Shown here in pieces: positions 22,453 through 34,040 of a stretch of 64,000 bases of DNA; position 1 is the stretch's first letter, and every line of letters begins with the position of its first letter. Source of the stretch: an uncultured bacterium (GTDB taxonomy: Bacteria; Babelota; Babeliae; Babelales; JACPOV01); assembly GCA_963744715.1 (NCBI GenBank), contig CAVUUR010000002.1, forward strand, positions 1 to 64,000. The letters run 5' to 3'. The translations under genes and the position numbers were made by a program. The notes beneath the pieces are model-generated. The model was not told the origin of the DNA and ran no database searches. It saw only the letters and a list, made by a program, of their open reading frames with translations.

Positions 22453-23029
22453 ATGAACGTTGTACAAGGAAAAAAAATTATCTTGGTAATTGCTAGTGAA
22501 GGGTTTCAACCGATAGAATATTTAATTACCAAAAAAGCACTCGAAAAAGTTGGGGTTATCGTAATTACAGCAAGTGATAAACTAGGTGGCGCTGTTGCTA
22601 CTGATCGCTCAACGACCCCCGTTGATATATCAATCGATCAAATTCGCATACAAGATTACAATGGTATTTTTTTCATAGGAGGATCAGGAAACTCTTACCT
22701 GCCTCGATCATTCAATAAGTTATCATATTCTGGCTCAAGCAAAAAAATATCATATTCCTTACGGTGCTATCTGCATAGCAACCAGGATATTAGCAAAAGC
22801 TGATGTCTTGAATGGAAAAAAAGCAACCGGATGGAACGGTGATAATGCACTTGATGTTATTTTTAAACTTAATCACGTATTGTATCAACAAGATAAAGAT
22901 ATTGTCACTGATGGTTTAGTGGTAACTGCTACAGGGCCGCACGTAGCTCAAGAATTTGCTCAAGGAATTATTCGTGTATTAACAAAAAAAGAATTACATG
23001 AAGAAGACAGCAATAACAATAAGGATTAA
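22453..23029 (+). CDS. DJ-1/PfpI family protein (frameshift near 22690)
   Basis: EGFQPIEY and FIGGSG, then GAICIA..ILAKADVLNGKKAT and VTDGLVVTATGP in the shifted frame. Confidence 0.88.
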
Positions 23030-23033
23030 TTTT

Positions 23034-23657
23034 TTATCCTTGTAGTAGAACAGCGCGTGCCGGTGCTGCATCAACACCGTGCAATGCTAATGGCAAACAC
23101 CATAATGTATAATTTCCTGCATCTACATGCCCTAATCTTAAGCCTTCAATAATGGCAATATTATTGCTCATAAAAGTAGTATGTGTTTCATGATTTGGTT
23201 GATTTCGTTCAATACCCAAATAATCTATGCCAACAGCTTTTACGCCACATTTAGCTAAATACTGCGCAGCCGATTGAGTAACGTAAATAAAATCGTAGTC
23301 AAATGAATCGGTTGTTTTTTTTAAACTATTGCGCGTTTTAAATAACACAATATCATTGCGTTTGATAGTACACGTTGCCAAATCGTCCGCCGTAATTTTT
23401 TCTTCAAGGTGCATGCTGTCAATGACCTGGCAAGTACCAATAAGCGCCGATAATGGAATCATATCGATAGAAGAACCGTGTGGCAAAAAATGGGCTGGGG
23501 CATCAACATGCGTACCGGTATGATTGTTTAAACACACGTATGCCGAACGAACACCATCTTCTTGCATAGTTTTTACTGACTTAATAACTACCGATTTATT
23601 GTTTTTATATTCAGTCATTTCCTGTTGAATTGGCCAACTAATATCAATAATCTTCAT
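23034..23657 (-). CDS. Cyclase family protein (kynurenine formamidase KynB-like)
   Basis: HTGTHVDAPAHF, VGIDY, IIEGL and DAAPARA motifs. Confidence 0.9.
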   Translation of the reverse strand: MKIIDISWPIQQEMTEYKNNKSVVIKSVKTMQEDGVRSAYVCLNNHTGTHVDAPAHFLPHGSSIDMIPLSALIGTCQVIDSMHLEEKITADDLATCTIKRNDIVLFKTRNSLKKTTDSFDYDFIYVTQSAAQYLAKCGVKAVGIDYLGIERNQPNHETHTTFMSNNIAIIEGLRLGHVDAGNYTLWCLPLALHGVDAAPARAVLLQG

Positions 23658-23865
23658 GTAATAGCCTCTTTTAAAATATCATGCAACTGCGCAAAACGAA
23701 CTACTATACCTGATTGTTTCTATAAGTATACCCATTACGGGCATTATAGAAAATAAATTTTCTTATATAGTTTCTCATTAAACTTACGCATAGTTGTAAT
23801 TTTATTAAAGGAATTATATAATTACTATATAAGTTAATATTTTAATAATAATTACAAAGGAAACC

Positions 23866-24468
23866 ATGTTTATCATATTGTTGTTACTCTTAACTGGACA
23901 CTTTGCATGCACTATACATGCTATGGAGACAAATGAAGTCGCTATACCACAGAATATAACACCGGCTTTGCCACAACCTAGCCCTTTAGCTTTTGATCCT
24001 ACCGGAAATGAATTTAGCCATCATGTAACACCTTTTAGTAATAAAAAACAGCTAGTTGAAGCAACCAATCAAAAAAATATTAAGCGCATCAAGAGTGATA
24101 TTATATCCGTAGATCAGCATAACAACTCAAATAAGTACACCTCGAAGCCGGAACTCATAATTGCTCTAAACTCAGCGATATCAAAATTAAAGTTTAATTC
24201 AAACTCATCGGGAATAGAAAATCTTTTGAAAAACAACACAGAAATTTTTTCAATTAATGATAATTTAGATATTAGCAACAATACGCTTCTACATAAAGCT
24301 GTGCTGCAACAGAATTATAATTTAGTAGAATACCTAGTACAAAATGGAGCTCACATTGATGCTAAGAATACATCGGGACAAACTCCGCTAGATATTTTTA
24401 AAGCTTCCAAAGGCATAAAACCTTTTGTACGCGAAAAAATTGAAACGTTGCTCACTCAAAACAATTAA
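23866..24468 (+). CDS. Secreted ankyrin-repeat protein
   Basis: Signal peptide IHA-ME; NTLLHKAV...LVQNGAHIDAKNTSGQTPL. Confidence 0.88.
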   Translation: MFIILLLLLTGHFACTIHAMETNEVAIPQNITPALPQPSPLAFDPTGNEFSHHVTPFSNKKQLVEATNQKNIKRIKSDIISVDQHNNSNKYTSKPELIIALNSAISKLKFNSNSSGIENLLKNNTEIFSINDNLDISNNTLLHKAVLQQNYNLVEYLVQNGAHIDAKNTSGQTPLDIFKASKGIKPFVREKIETLLTQNN

Positions 24469-24488
24469 ATTATTTTGCTAGGGAAATT

Positions 24489-24926
24489 ATGTTCATTATA
24501 GTATTAATACTATTAATCTGCCAATTTGAATCCACTATGTATTCTATGCAAACACGTCAACAAGCGGCATCCACAAAACCCGATGTTTCAATCAAACAAT
24601 ATGAAGCTATATTAAAATCGGAATTTGAAAAATTACACGTAAAAAGTAATCCTGTGCAAATAAAGAATCTTTTGGAGGTGTATTCAACAGAATTTCCAGT
24701 CGATACCTTTTGTTGGAATGACAATGGAGACAAGGCACTACACATAGCGATTAGAAAAGGATGTTCTTCTTTAGCATCATTCTTAGTACGCGATATGCAT
24801 GCAACTAATGTTCCTAACAATCAACAAAAAACTCCATTTCAGATAGCAGTGGAAATCAGTGAACAAAACCCCGCTCTATATACAAAGATAAGAAAGTTAT
24901 TTTTAAGCAAAGAATTAATACAATAA
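24489..24926 (+). CDS. Secreted ankyrin-repeat protein (FPVD subfamily)
   Basis: FPVDTFCWNDNGDKALHIA...KTPF. Confidence 0.82.
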   Translation: MFIIVLILLICQFESTMYSMQTRQQAASTKPDVSIKQYEAILKSEFEKLHVKSNPVQIKNLLEVYSTEFPVDTFCWNDNGDKALHIAIRKGCSSLASFLVRDMHATNVPNNQQKTPFQIAVEISEQNPALYTKIRKLFLSKELIQ

Positions 24927-24982
24927 TTACTATTTTTGATATTGCTGATCAATAAAAAAATAGCATATGCAAAAGGAACATT

Positions 24983-25693
24983 ATGATTGCTGCATTAGTA
25001 TCATTACTAATTTGTCCATTTTTATCTATCCATGCTATGGAGCAAAGCAATACACCGAGTGGCTCATTAGTGTGGGATATTCAAGGTACTTATTTTGCAA
25101 ACTATGCATTGCAGTTTAGGCCACCAAATATGCAATCACTCGTTATGCCACCTCACGATATCACTTATATTGATCAATCCCCCCAAGAAACTACTTCTGT
25201 AGTTCCTTTTCCAACTTATCAAGCAACAGAAGAAGAAAACACCGCCGAAAATAATACCAACATTAAAAACCTTGTAACAGCTTACGCAGAATGCACCCAA
25301 CGTAAATTGACCTTTATACAAGCAAAATTATCGACGCTCGATAAAAACAATCAAGTACTATTTCTTAAAGCAGTATTTCATTATGAATTAAATCGATATA
25401 ATACCAATAAGGATCCTTCTCGATTAAAACTATTCTTAACGGCTTACGTTCCCAGCTATTTTCCCGTTGATATCTTTCGGTGGAATGAACATGGCGATAA
25501 AATATTGCATCTAGCGGCCAGAGAGAAATCCCTTGCTTTAGTCGAATATTTAATAAAAAATCTAGGGGCTGACTGCAATGTGCGCAATGATCAAAACCAA
25601 ACGCCTTTTGATATATTACCTTATTGCAAAAATGCTACCTATAAAAATTATGCCCAATTAGGATACATTTTAAAGCCGACAGAAAAACAGTAA
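24983..25693 (+). CDS. Secreted ankyrin-repeat protein (FPVD subfamily)
   Basis: IHA-ME; FPVDIFRWNEHGDKILHLA...NQTPF. Confidence 0.85.
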   Translation: MIAALVSLLICPFLSIHAMEQSNTPSGSLVWDIQGTYFANYALQFRPPNMQSLVMPPHDITYIDQSPQETTSVVPFPTYQATEEENTAENNTNIKNLVTAYAECTQRKLTFIQAKLSTLDKNNQVLFLKAVFHYELNRYNTNKDPSRLKLFLTAYVPSYFPVDIFRWNEHGDKILHLAAREKSLALVEYLIKNLGADCNVRNDQNQTPFDILPYCKNATYKNYAQLGYILKPTEKQ

Positions 25694-25810
25694 TATTTTT
25701 CAATATTACTTTAATGGCACGTCAAGTTATAAGTAAAATTGTTTTTATTTATATAAAAAAAGTGTATACTTGCGGTGTTTTTTCATGATCGCGCAAGGTA
25801 AGGAAACGCT

Positions 25811-26597
25811 ATGATTACTGTATTGGCATTATTATTAAGTTGTACATTTGTATCTATCCATGCTATGGAACAACGCAATAGATCAAATGAATTATTAGTA
25901 TGGGATGCTTCCGGCAAAAATTTTATAGACTATGTATCCGAAGTGCAACAAAATAAACCCCAGACCCGTTAGGCCTTCCCCTACAATGCAATTTCCACTT
26001 ATACTACCTCAGAATATTTACAATAGTGATCAATTACAGGAAAATAATTCCGTAGTTACCTCCGGCAAAAGAAAAGAACCGGTGAAAGAAGAAAACAAGC
26101 CGCACAAGAGGATATCCTTGCAAAGCGCCCCCGGAGAAAAATATTCTGGTCCGATCGTAAGAGACCCTAGCCCCAAACTAAGTGAAGGGCTACAAGATGT
26201 TTTTAGATGCTATCAAAATGTACGTACTCATAAAATAAATTTTCTAGATCAACAGTTACTTTCTTTGAAGGACCCTGAAAAAAAGGAACTGTTGAGAGCG
26301 GTATTTGATTTTGAATTTGACAAACCTATTCATCCTACGCATATGTCAGAGCTTTTTATAAACTATTCTCGGCAATATTTTCCCGTTGATACTTTTTGCT
26401 GGAATGAAAATGGTGATAAAGCATTACATGTGGCGATTAAAAAAAAAATGTATCGTTTAGCAATAACGTTAATAGATAATTTGAAAGCAAATATCAACGT
26501 TAAAAACGATGAAAATAACACTCCTGCTCGGTACGTCGAAATGAGCTCTCACGGTACCCACTATCTGCAATTAAAACGGTCATTAAAGATAGAATAA
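25811..26597 (+). CDS. Secreted ankyrin-repeat protein (FPVD subfamily), frameshifted near 25930-25970
   Basis: ATG 25811 gives MITVLALLLSCTFVSIHAMEQ...VWD; ORF 25932-26597 carries FPVDTFCWNENGDKALH. Confidence 0.78.
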
Positions 26598-26651
26598 AAA
26601 GCGTATAATATCTATGGTTAATATTTCACAATACTCATGGGGAGAACTATA

Positions 26652-27267
26652 TTGATTGTACTATTTTCATTACTAACGTTATTTGTATCTATTTATGCTA
26701 TGGAACAAGACAATACATCAAGTCAATTGCTCACATGGGATATTCAAGGTACTTATTTTGCAAACTATGCATCGCAATTTAGGCCAAAACTACAGAATAT
26801 TTCCGTCGTCAATTAATTGCTTAGTCTGAGAACCAATCAAGAAATAGAAATTTCAAGTGAAATACAAAAAATTGTAGAAGCATACAAAAAATTACATAGA
26901 GATAAAATAGATTTTATAGATGAAGAATTAGATGTTCTACACGATCAAAAGCCAATAACATTCCTTAAACCATTACTTATCTATGAATTCTATAAAAAAA
27001 ATACTGATATGTTAAAAAAACTTTTCACGGAGTACTCTACCACATATTTTCCCGTTGATACTTTTTCTTGGAGTAACGATGATGATAAAGCATTACATAT
27101 GGCTGTTAGAACATCCTCTGCCTTAGCAAAATACTTAATAGAAGCATTGCATGCTGATCGTAACGTTTTGAACAAATAAACACCAAACTCCTTTAATGCT
27201 AGTAAACCTTGTAGAAATGTCTCATAAAAGACGTCACAATTTCACAAAGCTTTTTACTAACAAATAA
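26652..27267 (+). pseudogene. Degenerate ankyrin-repeat paralog (3' end approximate)
   Basis: TTG start, IYA-ME signal, WDIQGTYFANYA block identical to the 24983 gene, in-frame TAA at 26814, second stop at 27177 with HQTPL continuing out of frame. Confidence 0.7.
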
Positions 27268-27471
27268 TCAAAAAAAGGCACCATGTAGCTAACCAAAAAT
27301 AGCTAAAAAAAATTCTTGCACAGCGTAGAGATCGCAATGCAACATTATGCAACGCTTATTCTTTCTTTCGTAATGTTGACAGCTCAACAATCCATTTCTT
27401 TTTTATTGACATACTACCGGTGGGATTGACTACGATGTACATGCTCATCATTTTCTTGCAGGAGATCGTAG

Positions 27472-28641
27472 ATGAAAAAGCATAGCACTCCTTATAGTAT
27501 TAAACAGTATTTGGTTTATTGCGAATGCGGAAATACCATCTAATAATTTACAGAATCCGGATAACCTTTTTTGGGAAACATTAAATGATCACGCAGAAAA
27601 TGCTGTATCTATGCTTGTTGTATTAATGCAACACAATTTGATCAAACTAGTTTGCCCATTAGTATAACGTCTCCAGGCCAATATTGCATAAACGGAAATC
27701 TTTCTATTGATAATGTAATGGTCAATGGCATTGTTATTAGTAGTAGTAATGTACTGCTTGATTTAAATGATAGTATCATTAACGGCACCGGCGGCTCGAA
27801 TGGCATCGTAGTAAATTCAGGGCGGGCAAATATCACCATTAGAAATGGTACCATCTCTAATATGGTACAAAATGGTATTTTAATAAATGGATCAACGCAA
27901 TTATTAACTATTGATTCAATTTATACCTTTAGTAATAATGTAGGTATTGCCGCATTGGGCGCCACTCAGGGCGTTATTAGTAATTGTACTGCAGCATTCT
28001 CAAAAGGAAATGGATTCGCATTTACGCAAGTCACCGGGCTAATTAATCAAAACTGTATAGTAAAAAATTGCGTAAGTTTGAATAATCTTGGTAACGGCTT
28101 TTCTTTTAATAATTGTTTTAATTTTCAGGTTATCAATGCCACTGCCAATACCAATCGCAATAACGGATTTTTGCAATTTAATGGTGATAAAATTTCTTAT
28201 ACTGAATGTGTAGCAAATAACAACACGCTTAATGGATTTTCTTCCGCAGGAACAAGTAATATTTTTAATTATTGTATTGCTGCAGGAAATATAGCCGCCG
28301 GTTTTTTAGTGCTTGGATCAAAATGTGATATTAATAATTGCGAAGCGAATACTAATGGCGAAGGGTTTCAAATCAATAACATTAATAATTCAGTACTACA
28401 ATGTATATCAAAAAATAATGTTACTAACGGGTTCAATGCAACCGCTAATAGTAGCCAAGCTCAAATTAGAGGCAATACTGCCACCGCAAATAATATAGGA
28501 TTTCTCAATAGCGGCACGGTAAATAAGTTTTATAGTAATTTTGCCAATGCAAACGTCACTGATTATAGTGGCATCACTAATTTTTTTGTTTCACCCACCG
28601 TACTTTCTCCCATTAACTTTACTGCAAATATCGCAGAATAA
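27472..28641 (+). CDS. Secreted right-handed parallel beta-helix repeat protein (5' region frameshifted)
   Basis: Repeated C.A..N...GF units; PISITSPGQYC cap; RBS ggag + ATG 27472 with a signal-like segment in a shifted frame. Confidence 0.75.
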
Positions 28642-28675
28642 AAAAAAGAACCGATATTTTTTATCGGCTCCTCTT
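28641..28675. terminator. Probable bidirectional terminator
   Basis: ccgata-tttt-tatcgg hairpin with A-run between convergent genes. Confidence 0.5.
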
Positions 28676-28707
28676 ATCACATTAAGAAAATAAATAACTA
28701 CGTATCT

Positions 28708-28911
28708 TTATTTTTTCTTTCGCAACATAGGCAAACCAGTTCGTTTGTTTTCCATAACTTCATATCCGGCCGGTAATGCATCAAGCGAATTTTCACCAAC
28801 CGCACCCGCAAAATAATAAATTCTTTGTTTGCGGTCGCCGGCAAGTTTTACTATTTTGGTATGTAAATAATACATTTTTCCACTTTTTTTAGATTTTACA
28901 CTGTATGCCAT
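28708..28911 (-). CDS. Small basic hypothetical protein
   Basis: Strong RBS aaggag; YYLH...IYYF...LPAGYEV.EN.RTGLP pattern. Confidence 0.75.
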   Translation of the reverse strand: MAYSVKSKKSGKMYYLHTKIVKLAGDRKQRIYYFAGAVGENSLDALPAGYEVMENKRTGLPMLRKKK

Positions 28912-29163
28912 AATCCTAAACTCCTTTTTTTTTAATAATAATAGTTGGCTAACATTTCTAAAGTAAATTAATACATTCGTTACAAAAAAATCTAGAAAAA
29001 TCTATTCTTTTTTTACAAAAAAAATTATGCCCATATCTCTTCAAAAACATGTAATGAATCTACATAATAATTCAAATTATAGGCTTGGCCATAAAAATGT
29101 GATAGGCTATTGAAAATATTTTTATACAACGCATACGTTAATAAAAAAAAGGGACAATGGTTT

Positions 29164-29844
29164 ATGGAGATTTTTACTCATTCAATATTTGGTTTGATCA
29201 CACAATCTGATCTTGTAACAAAATTAATTTTATTATTCTTGCTGGCTATGTCCATTACCTGTTGGGCGCTTTTTTTTTATAAAGTTATTTTGCTTAATAT
29301 AAAAAAAAGACAGTTACATCACGTTGCAGCACTTGTTAAAAAATCTTCATCGATTGATGAAATTCGTTCTTTAGCAGCATCGCACGCCTCAACATTTCCC
29401 GGTTATTGTATTATTAAAATATTAGTTTTATTAAAAGTATTGCTTGAAACAAAAGAATCACGTACCACGTTAACCGATCGTGATGCACTATTATTGCAAC
29501 AAGGTACCGATCAGATAGTTGAGAATATGTTAGCCGATGAGGAATCATACCTTTCCCTCTTTTCAAGTTGCGCTGCGGTTTCACCGCTACTCGGTCTCTT
29601 TGGTACGGTATGGGGGCTGATACATGCTTTTTTACGCATTAGTGAAAAACAACAAGCCGATATAACTACCGTTGCTCCCGGCATTGCCGAAGCATTAATT
29701 ACAACCTTGGCAGGATTATTAGTAGCAATTCCGGCATTGCTTATGTTCAATTACCTAACAACACAATTACGAACCGTGCAATCGCATCTGTATTCACTCG
29801 TTGACAATGTGTTATGGTTGACTACCATGACCTTTGTTCGTTAA
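29164..29844 (+). CDS. tolQ: TolQ (MotA/TolQ/ExbB family)
   Basis: SPLLGLFGTVWG and VAPGIAEALITTLAGLLVAIPA motifs. Confidence 0.9.
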   Translation: MEIFTHSIFGLITQSDLVTKLILLFLLAMSITCWALFFYKVILLNIKKRQLHHVAALVKKSSSIDEIRSLAASHASTFPGYCIIKILVLLKVLLETKESRTTLTDRDALLLQQGTDQIVENMLADEESYLSLFSSCAAVSPLLGLFGTVWGLIHAFLRISEKQQADITTVAPGIAEALITTLAGLLVAIPALLMFNYLTTQLRTVQSHLYSLVDNVLWLTTMTFVR

Positions 29845-29864
29845 TTTCAAAAGGGAGGATTATC

Positions 29865-30299
29865 ATGCGTCTAAGAACCAGAAGATTACGAAAGCCCTTA
29901 ACGGCATTAGAAATTAGTTTAACGCCATTAATTGATACCGCACTCACCTTATTAATTATTTTTATGGTTACAACACCGATGATTCAACAAGCAATTAAAG
30001 TTGCCTTACCACAGGGAAATTCTAATGAAGCACGAACCGAAAAACAAGAAATTGTTGTTTCTATTAATAAACAAGGCGCATTATTTTTAAATAATAAAGA
30101 ATTACCTATGCATGAATTAGGAACTTCTATAAGAGAGCTCATAACTACGCATCAAGAAAAAGATCGTGTCGTTTGGGTTCGTTCGGATGGTGAAAGTTCA
30201 TGCAGCACCTTAATTAGTGTTATTGATTGCATAAAAGTAACGGGGGGTATTAAAAATGTCAACGTTGCAATTCAAAAAAAAGCCGCCACTGCTGCCTAA
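29865..30299 (+). CDS. tolR: TolR (ExbD/TolR family)
   Basis: LTPLIDTALTLLIIFMVTTP motif; RBS ggagg. Confidence 0.9.
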   Translation: MRLRTRRLRKPLTALEISLTPLIDTALTLLIIFMVTTPMIQQAIKVALPQGNSNEARTEKQEIVVSINKQGALFLNNKELPMHELGTSIRELITTHQEKDRVVWVRSDGESSCSTLISVIDCIKVTGGIKNVNVAIQKKAATAA

Positions 30300-31091
30300 G
30301 CGATTTTTTTTATTGGCAAACTGGTAGTCATTTCCACAACGTTACACAGCCTTGTACTCCTTATGGTATGGTTTACTCGCAACCAAACGTATATGATTAT
30401 TATGCATAATGATCATATGCAACATAGTTTTGTGCAGATGATGATGCAAGAACCATCACTCGATATTCCTGTTGAAAAAACAGAGCACGTTGCAGCCAAT
30501 CAAAAAACCACTCCTCTTCCCATTGAAAAAAAATTAGCGGCACCACCTCCTATAAAAAAACAGGAACCGAAAAAAAATAATTCACTGATGGTAAAATCGC
30601 CAAAACAACAACCGACCGTTCCGAAAATTGAAAAAAAAGAAACAATAGTGCAAAAATTAAAACCTAATCTACCCGTAAAAAAAACGGTAGTACAAACAAA
30701 GCCTATTGACCAAAAAAAATTACCAACGCCAGTGCCCGCAATTGCTCAATCTAAACCGCAATCATCGCCGCCATTACCTTCAAAGCCGGAAAATATCGCA
30801 ACTACTCATCAAAAAAATAGCTACAATGCTGATGCATCAACCTATTTGGTAACGCTTGAACAAGATATTAAGAAAGCATGGAAACTTCCGGTTGGATTAT
30901 CACCTAAACTTGCTTGCACTATTAAAGGTAGTGTTAATCAACAAGGAATCATGAGTACTATTGTGATAGAAAAACCTTCCTCGGTGGTAACCTTTGATAT
31001 TGCTGCACGCGATGCTTTGTCAACTATACAATTTCCTCGGCAATTGTTTGGTAAAGAATTATGTATAACCTTTAACAATAGTAGCACATAA
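30256..31091 (+). CDS. tolA: TolA/TonB-like protein (probable start 30256 with a homopolymer frameshift)
   Basis: TM with STTLH motif lies in frame upstream of ATG 30363; Pro/Lys-rich spacer; TonB_2-like C-terminus (W..P, SS...FD.AA..A); lies between tolR and tolB. Confidence 0.75.
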
Positions 31092-32416
31092 TGAAAAAAA
31101 CGATTGGTATTTTCCTTTCTCTAAACGTACTATGTATACATATTTGTATTGCAGATACTATACCATCAATAGCATTATCATCTGCACTGAAAAAACAAAA
31201 AATGAATATTGCTCTACACGTTATTCAATCTACTGAACATGACAATAATGATCTGCATGCAATCGCTATGTTAGTAAAAAAAATGCTTGAACGAAAACGA
31301 CAGGCCTTAAGTGGTTTTTCTGTAACAATACAAACCGTAACGCAAAAACCGTCAAAAAATAATATGAACCAACTATATCATGAAGGTTACCCGTTAGCAT
31401 TATTTACCAATATGGACAAGCAGTGCGAACTTGAATGGCGTTTATATGATACCCACCAGGGCACTATGATTAAAGGAAAAAAAATAACAGGAAAAACTTT
31501 TTCCACGCAACATTATGCAGAACACCTTTTGGATGAATTATGGCCATTATTAACGGGCCAAGAAGGTTTTTTTTCAACCAGAATTGCCTTCTGTAAAGAA
31601 TCAAATCCTCCATTGCATAAACAAAAACAACTCTATCTTATGGCGCCATACAGCGATCTTAATGATAAAGAATATCCGGCAACCCAACTGTTGCTTGATA
31701 ATACTAATGCATTTGCGTTGCGGTGGAATCAGGATTCTCATAATCCTATGGTGCTGTATTCAGAAATCACCATCTGCAATGTTCGTTTAATGGGAATAGA
31801 CCTGAACCACAAACGAAGAATAATTTCTAATTTTGATGGATTAAATATGCTTCCTTATTTTTCAAGCGATGGTCGCCATATTGTGTATTGCATGTCAGCC
31901 GGTGGAAAAACAAATATTTTTTCTTATGAAAATAACCCTTCTGCCGGAATCCATCTTAAACAAATAACGCATAACGGTGGCAATAACACGTCACCAAATT
32001 TGCGCGATAATGGTGATATTATTTTTTGTTCAGATTTTCAAACTAAACATCCACAACTATATTATTATCACGCACAAACTCAAAGAACTGAACAAATTAC
32101 GCATGGTGGTTATTGCGCTGGCCCCAATTTCTGTGCAAAAAATAATAAAGTTGCTTATTTAAAATTACTTAATGGCACCATGCAAATTTTTCTGTATGAT
32201 TGCATAGCCAAAAAACATTATCAAATTACGTTTGACCCTATAAATAAGGAAGATTGTTCTTGGTCGCCTTGTGGCAATTATCTTGTTTTTACCGCTACTG
32301 ATAGCAAAAATAGTCGCATTGCATTATTAAATTTAATTACGAGTGAGCGCACGTATTTAACGTCGAGTAACGATCGTTGTAAATATCCTGCGTGGTCACC
32401 AACCATTATTGTGTAA
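31091..32416 (+). CDS. tolB: TolB-like PD40 beta-propeller protein
   Basis: GFFSTRIAF, PYFSSDG, SWSPCG and PAWSP motifs; operon context. Confidence 0.85.
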   Translation: MKKTIGIFLSLNVLCIHICIADTIPSIALSSALKKQKMNIALHVIQSTEHDNNDLHAIAMLVKKMLERKRQALSGFSVTIQTVTQKPSKNNMNQLYHEGYPLALFTNMDKQCELEWRLYDTHQGTMIKGKKITGKTFSTQHYAEHLLDELWPLLTGQEGFFSTRIAFCKESNPPLHKQKQLYLMAPYSDLNDKEYPATQLLLDNTNAFALRWNQDSHNPMVLYSEITICNVRLMGIDLNHKRRIISNFDGLNMLPYFSSDGRHIVYCMSAGGKTNIFSYENNPSAGIHLKQITHNGGNNTSPNLRDNGDIIFCSDFQTKHPQLYYYHAQTQRTEQITHGGYCAGPNFCAKNNKVAYLKLLNGTMQIFLYDCIAKKHYQITFDPINKEDCSWSPCGNYLVFTATDSKNSRIALLNLITSERTYLTSSNDRCKYPAWSPTIIV

Positions 32417-32420
32417 ATAA

Positions 32421-32458
32421 AAAAAGGCTTCTCTGGAAAACAGAAAAGCCTTTTTTGT
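32421..32458. terminator. Bidirectional intrinsic terminator
   Basis: aaaaaaggctt...aagcctttttt between convergent tolB and ssb. Confidence 0.75.
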
Positions 32459-32475
32459 CTTTTTCTAATCAATAC

Positions 32476-33006
32476 TTAAAATGGTAAATCATCACTAAAC
32501 GGCGGCTCATCTTTGAATGCCAATTCATTAGTTGATCGACCTGTCTTTTTTGTTGATGGCGATTCATCATCAGGAAAATCAAAATCTTCCGTCTCAGTTC
32601 CTGATTGTTTGGTGCTTGTCGGTGCTTTTGGACTCATTGCAGATTTCTCAACAGATTCTGCATCAGAGGCGCCCCCTGAACCTAAAAAGACTACGCGATC
32701 AGCCACGATAGAATATTTACTGCGTTTTTGACCTTCTGGCGTTTCCCAGCTATCAAATTTTAGGCGGCCTTCGATCAAAACCGGACGACCTTTTTGTAAA
32801 TATTGTTTGCAACTTTCTGCTTGCGGACCAAACACATCAACATCAATAAAACAAACTTCCTGAATCATCATGCCTGTTTGTTTATTTTTATATTGTCGAT
32901 TAGAGGCAAGACCAAGATTACATACCCCTTGCCCAGAAGGAAGTTGTTTATATTCCGGGTCTCTGGTCAAATTGCCTATTATAATAATACGGTTATATCC
33001 GGCCAC
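32476..33006 (-). CDS. ssb: Single-stranded DNA-binding protein
   Basis: NRIIIIGNLTRDPE, KGRPVLIEGRL and acidic DDLPF tail; GTG start. Confidence 0.96.
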   Translation of the reverse strand: MAGYNRIIIIGNLTRDPEYKQLPSGQGVCNLGLASNRQYKNKQTGMMIQEVCFIDVDVFGPQAESCKQYLQKGRPVLIEGRLKFDSWETPEGQKRSKYSIVADRVVFLGSGGASDAESVEKSAMSPKAPTSTKQSGTETEDFDFPDDESPSTKKTGRSTNELAFKDEPPFSDDLPF

Positions 33007-33230
33007 AAATATCCTTTCATAGCAAAAAAATTTCTTATACCATCTAACGTACATGAAAAATAGCTATTGTGCAAAAAAAATTATTGCACCTCCTGGTATA
33101 GGGGTAAACAATTAAAAATATCATGAAAATCAGATGATTTCACATGGCATACTAATACCGAATCTGATATACTGATAGTGTTTATTTCCCGATTTATTTT
33201 GTAACATCTTATTACACGTAAGCTTAAATT

Positions 33231-33866
33231 ATGACAACTATGCACATAACTAAATCATTTTTTCTTTTTTTTAGAGAAGCCCTCTTAGCGTTAGGGATCG
33301 GTTTTCTCGTTCCACTTATTAGTTCTTACGTTGTGGTGCTCGTTCATCCGCAACCAGAACGCGCAACATTCGAAAGTAAGGAATTCAATAATAACGAAAA
33401 ACAATTACAACGTTTACAAACAATGCAAGGTAAATTAGAAAAACTTGAATTAGCATTAATTACTTCCTCGGATGAGGCCGACAAAATTAGATTGGTCAAC
33501 GTGCGCAAGGATCTTGATGGCGTTACGCAAGAATATGAACACCGATCCGCCACGCATGATAAAGAACGTCAGCAGATCGAACAGCACTATAACGCTGCAC
33601 ACGATTCCTATGCAAAAGTTTATTTTTATGGAGCACTCGTTACCAGTTTGCTATCGTTTGTAATCAGTATTGCTAGTCCTCTGATCTCCCTCAGCGTTGG
33701 ATTTATGATAGGTGGATTCAGCTGCCTGACTACTGGGTATTTTAAATATTGGGATCAACTGAGCGCTCCACTAAAATTATGTTCATTGCTATTAGCTTTA
33801 ATGTTGATCGTTGGCATGAGTTATTATTTTTTTTACGGCAAAAAAGAGGATTGTGATAGCTATTAA
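33231..33866 (+). CDS. Hypothetical membrane protein with coiled-coil loop
   Basis: N-terminal TM, coiled coil, three C-terminal TM segments. Confidence 0.7.
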   Translation: MTTMHITKSFFLFFREALLALGIGFLVPLISSYVVVLVHPQPERATFESKEFNNNEKQLQRLQTMQGKLEKLELALITSSDEADKIRLVNVRKDLDGVTQEYEHRSATHDKERQQIEQHYNAAHDSYAKVYFYGALVTSLLSFVISIASPLISLSVGFMIGGFSCLTTGYFKYWDQLSAPLKLCSLLLALMLIVGMSYYFFYGKKEDCDSY

Positions 33867-33954
33867 TGCTCCATTTGAATAATATCTCGTTATATCTGTA
33901 AAAAAGCATCGTTAATCTGTACATGAGAGCAAAATAACGCCCCCCCATTCGTTA

Positions 33955-33982
33955 TTGACAAACTGAATATTTGCTATATAAT
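33955..33982 (+). promoter_or_regulatory. Sigma70-like promoter
   Basis: TTGACA-16 nt-TATAAT upstream of 34041. Confidence 0.55.
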
Positions 33983-34040
33983 AAAAACAAATAGATATAG
34001 CAAGCTTTATTAATAGCAATAAACAAATGGAGAACTTTTT

